A DNA stretch of 64,000 bases from Vicugna vicugna (taxonomy: Eukaryota). The stretch is taken from assembly GCA_013265495.1 (NCBI GenBank), contig MU058456.1, positions 434,001 through 498,000 of the forward strand, in the 5' to 3' direction. Position numbers and translations under genes: made by a program. The notes under the pieces are model-generated. The model had not been told where the DNA came from, did no database searches, and saw only the letters and a program-made list of their open reading frames with translations. Positions 61,401-64,000 of this stretch are shown in pieces (positions within the stretch are counted from its first letter, which is position 1; each line of letters opens with the position of its first letter).

Positions 61401-62164
61401 AGCTTAACTGTTAATTGTAGAATGGTTAAGGGTTTTTTTTTTTCCTCCTGCTTTCCTTTTAAATCAATATCAAATTAAACTTAGGCAAGTGGAATTGTCA
61501 AGGCAACAACTGGTATGTAGTCTTTCCAGAAAGCACTGTACAGAGAAGAGAACCAGTAACTGATAGTTTTAGACTGAATTTGTAGAAAAGTGGGCTTTTG
61601 TAAAGAAGTATTGTGAGCCCACAGGGCATGGTGGGGAAAGGCCTGGTCTCTGAGGCCAGACACTGTGACTTTGCTGGACCACTGATTCTGTGATATTTGC
61701 ATGCCCCTTAGGTGCCAGACAGTATGCTCTGGCTTGGGGTCTGGGAGCAGCAACAAATGAGAAATTTTATCCTCACAGCAGCCTGTAAGGTAGGTGGGAA
61801 AGCAGTTACTGTCTGGTAGCTGGAGGTAGCCAGGCTAGAACTTGCACTGGAGTCATGGAGTCATTTGATTTCTGATGTTCTCTCTGACGCACCGCGTTGC
61901 CACACAGGACCCACCTCGTCAGGATGCTGTAGCTTCAGCAGACACTGTGCAAACAAATGCTAATAAAGTGCTTTTCAGATGTAAGGTGGCCTTCATACCC
62001 AGGTTTAAAATATTTCTAGGCCAAATAGTGACCAGAACAACCCTTTGTTTTCCTTTAAAGAGTCTATTGCAAGTCAATGTAGTTTTATGTATACCTTATA
62101 AGTCATAACTTGAATTTTGATGGCTTTTTCTATGATAGTGGCATCAGTAAATGCCATCTTGTAT

Positions 62165-62420
62165 TCAGTGAATCATTCAGTCATTCAGCAAATGTGGATT
62201 ATTTTTCCATGTCTTTCATGGATTCTAGGGAAGCAAAGATGAAGAAAGCATAGTTATAATGAGCAGTTGGTAGCCAGATAAGAAATACCAGATACACAAA
62301 GAGATCATGACACTGCTGTGTGGAGTGTACTGCAGTAAGGGTGTGACTGTAAGGTAGTGAGGGGATAACCTTCCCAGAGAGGATGAGGCATTGGTTCTTG
62401 GTCCATTATTGATATACAAA
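62165..62420 (-). mobile_element. L2 fragment (degraded)
   Basis: 'tcattcagtcattcagcaaatgtggatt...cttcccagagaggatgaggcattgg'. Confidence 0.45.
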
Positions 62421-62719
62421 TTAATTATCAAGGTAAAAGGAGTAAAATTAAATTCTATTAGTTCAGACTTGGATTAGTAGTGCTTGGATTCCCCAAACCC
62501 AGTAAAAAATTTTTTTAGTTAATTTTATTTGATAAAAGAATGTGTCTTCTTAATTTCTCTTAGCACTAGACAAGTTAGTCCCTCAATATTGTTGCCTTGC
62601 TAAAATGTGAAAAATCAGGAATGAGCATGTAGTTCTTCATTTTTATAAATATGCCAAGGTAAAGTTAAGGGAAAGCAGCACCAAAAGCTCTCATTTCCTC
62701 TGATCTTCTAATCGCCACT

Positions 62720-63230
62720 AACATCTGTACCAGTGAGAATTCAAATCTGCATCAAGAAATACAACCCGAAAACAGTGGCTTTAACCTAGTTAGAGGTTCA
62801 GTTTTCACTGGAGCAAAAAGTGAGGTAGGCAGTGCATAACTGATCTGATGGCTCCAGTGTTCCCTCAGGATTCCAGACCTTTCTCTCCTTATTGTCAGCT
62901 GTCCTTGGTGTGTGCCTGTCCCCACATGGTCTTAAGATGGCTGCTGTGCTTCTATTACTGCATCTGCATTCCAGCAGGACCAAGGCGATTGGTAAAACAC
63001 ATGACCCTGCTGTCTGCCTGACTACTACTCCACCTAACCACTTTTTATTCGTGACACTGGTCAAAACTGTTATATGGCCATTCCTAGTTGCAAAGGAGTT
63101 CAGAGAATGTAGGTTTTTTTTTTTTTTTTTTTTTTTTCTTTAGGTAGGCCTATTGCTCTTGGGAAACGAATCTGGACTCTGCTAGTGAGAAAGAAGAGGA
63201 GGGTGTCTGGTAGGCAGCTATAGTGTGTGT
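62720..63230 (-). mobile_element. Old MaLR LTR (MLT1J-like)
   Basis: 'aacagtggctttaacc...catggtcttaagatggctgctg...catctgcattccagcagg...tatatggccattcctagttgcaaaggag'. Confidence 0.7.
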
Positions 63231-63719
63231 CATCATACCCAGTCTAAGGATCCTCACATGAGCCTGGTTAGTGCCTGGATCCTTTATGCATTTGCCCCAT
63301 CATCTTGGAAATGGAATTAATATTCCCTCCAGCAAGAAGATGGACTGAAAAAGTTAAAAAAAAAAAAAGCCAAACTAGACACCTGTACTTGCCCTTAATA
63401 AGTTGGAAATAAGAAATTCTTTGTGTAGCCTATTTTAATATTTTGAACTGAAGGGTGTATTCTCAAATATCTAGCAATATGGAATTCCAAGAGCTGTGGT
63501 CAATTTTAGGTTCGCATAAGTTTTCATTTTGAAAGAAACAGCAGGATGTAATAATAATCTGCTAAAAAACGTGCTCCCCCCCCCCAAAATACAGATGCTA
63601 ACCAAACCAGAAGGGAGCCATTAAAGTTTGATATTTTGTCATTGGTGTTGGTGATCAAAACAAGTAGGTTTTCCCTATACTGGCTGCAGGAGTCAGTGTG
63701 CTATTTAAACCTTGAAAAA

Positions 63720-63830
63720 AAATTGGTTATGAGCACCTGTTTGTATCAGGCACTATTCTAGGCTCTGGGGTTACAGCCATGAAGAAAACAGAAAAAAATC
63801 TCAGCCCTCATGGAACTTAGAATCTAGAGT
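63720..63830 (-). mobile_element. L2 3' end fragment
   Basis: 'tatgagcacctgtttgtatcaggcactattctaggctctggggttacagccatgaa...gccctcatggaacttagaatctag'. Confidence 0.8.
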
Positions 63831-64000
63831 GTTAAGTGAGCACTTCGTAATTAAATAATTGGGGTTATTAAAAAACGCTCTTTGGACTATTACTGCCCTT
63901 CCATTTTGCTTTTCTGTCTTTGAAACTTGTTGACAGAGATGTAATGGCTGATTAATTAAGCAATAGTCATCAATTTCAGAGAGACAAAACATAGTCAATT

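Larger units (their letters stand above)
4193..64000 (+). other. MAST4: MAST4 intron 1 (5' part)
   Basis: Starts at the GT donor after exon 1. No recognisable further MAST4 coding sequence in the window; repeat-rich and CpG-poor. Confidence 0.85.

Noticed and set aside
5000..64000. The many 60-120 aa ORFs in intron 1 as genes, extra MAST4 exons or processed pseudogenes
   Set aside because: None resembles a protein I recognise; many start at non-ATG codons or lie in L1/L2/LTR repeats. A small unrecognised exon or lncRNA cannot be excluded without RNA data.
1..64000. A previously undescribed multi-gene biological system
   Set aside because: The window is explained by one known gene's promoter, first exon and repeat-rich intron. 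Nothing in the sequence supports a new system.

Overview
This is mammalian genomic DNA, most likely from a camelid (alpaca/llama/camel). That call rests on a tRNA-Ala-derived Vic-1-type SINE and on my seeing no Alu, B1 or Bov-tA elements. The window holds the 5' end of MAST4 (microtubule-associated serine/threonine kinase 4) on the + strand: a CpG-island promoter (~3230-4980), a 5' leader with two upstream AUGs, and coding exon 1 (3857-4192, 112 codons, phase-0 GT donor). The remaining ~60 kb is intron 1; I did not find exon 2 (expected to begin LDHILSPPPMPF...) in the window. The intron is filled with ordinary interspersed repeats (MIR, L2, L1, MaLR LTRs, hAT and Tigger MITEs), microsatellites and a few candidate enhancers. 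Almost all entries in the ORF track are chance or repeat-derived. I found no new biological system. The most notable observations are a nested uORF/start-stop element in the MAST4 leader, a twin-primed (5'-inverted) L1 insertion, a pair of full CRE palindromes, an NRF1/Z-DNA tract and a perfect 40-bp palindrome. Repeat family names come from recognition by eye and most repeat boundaries are approximate.
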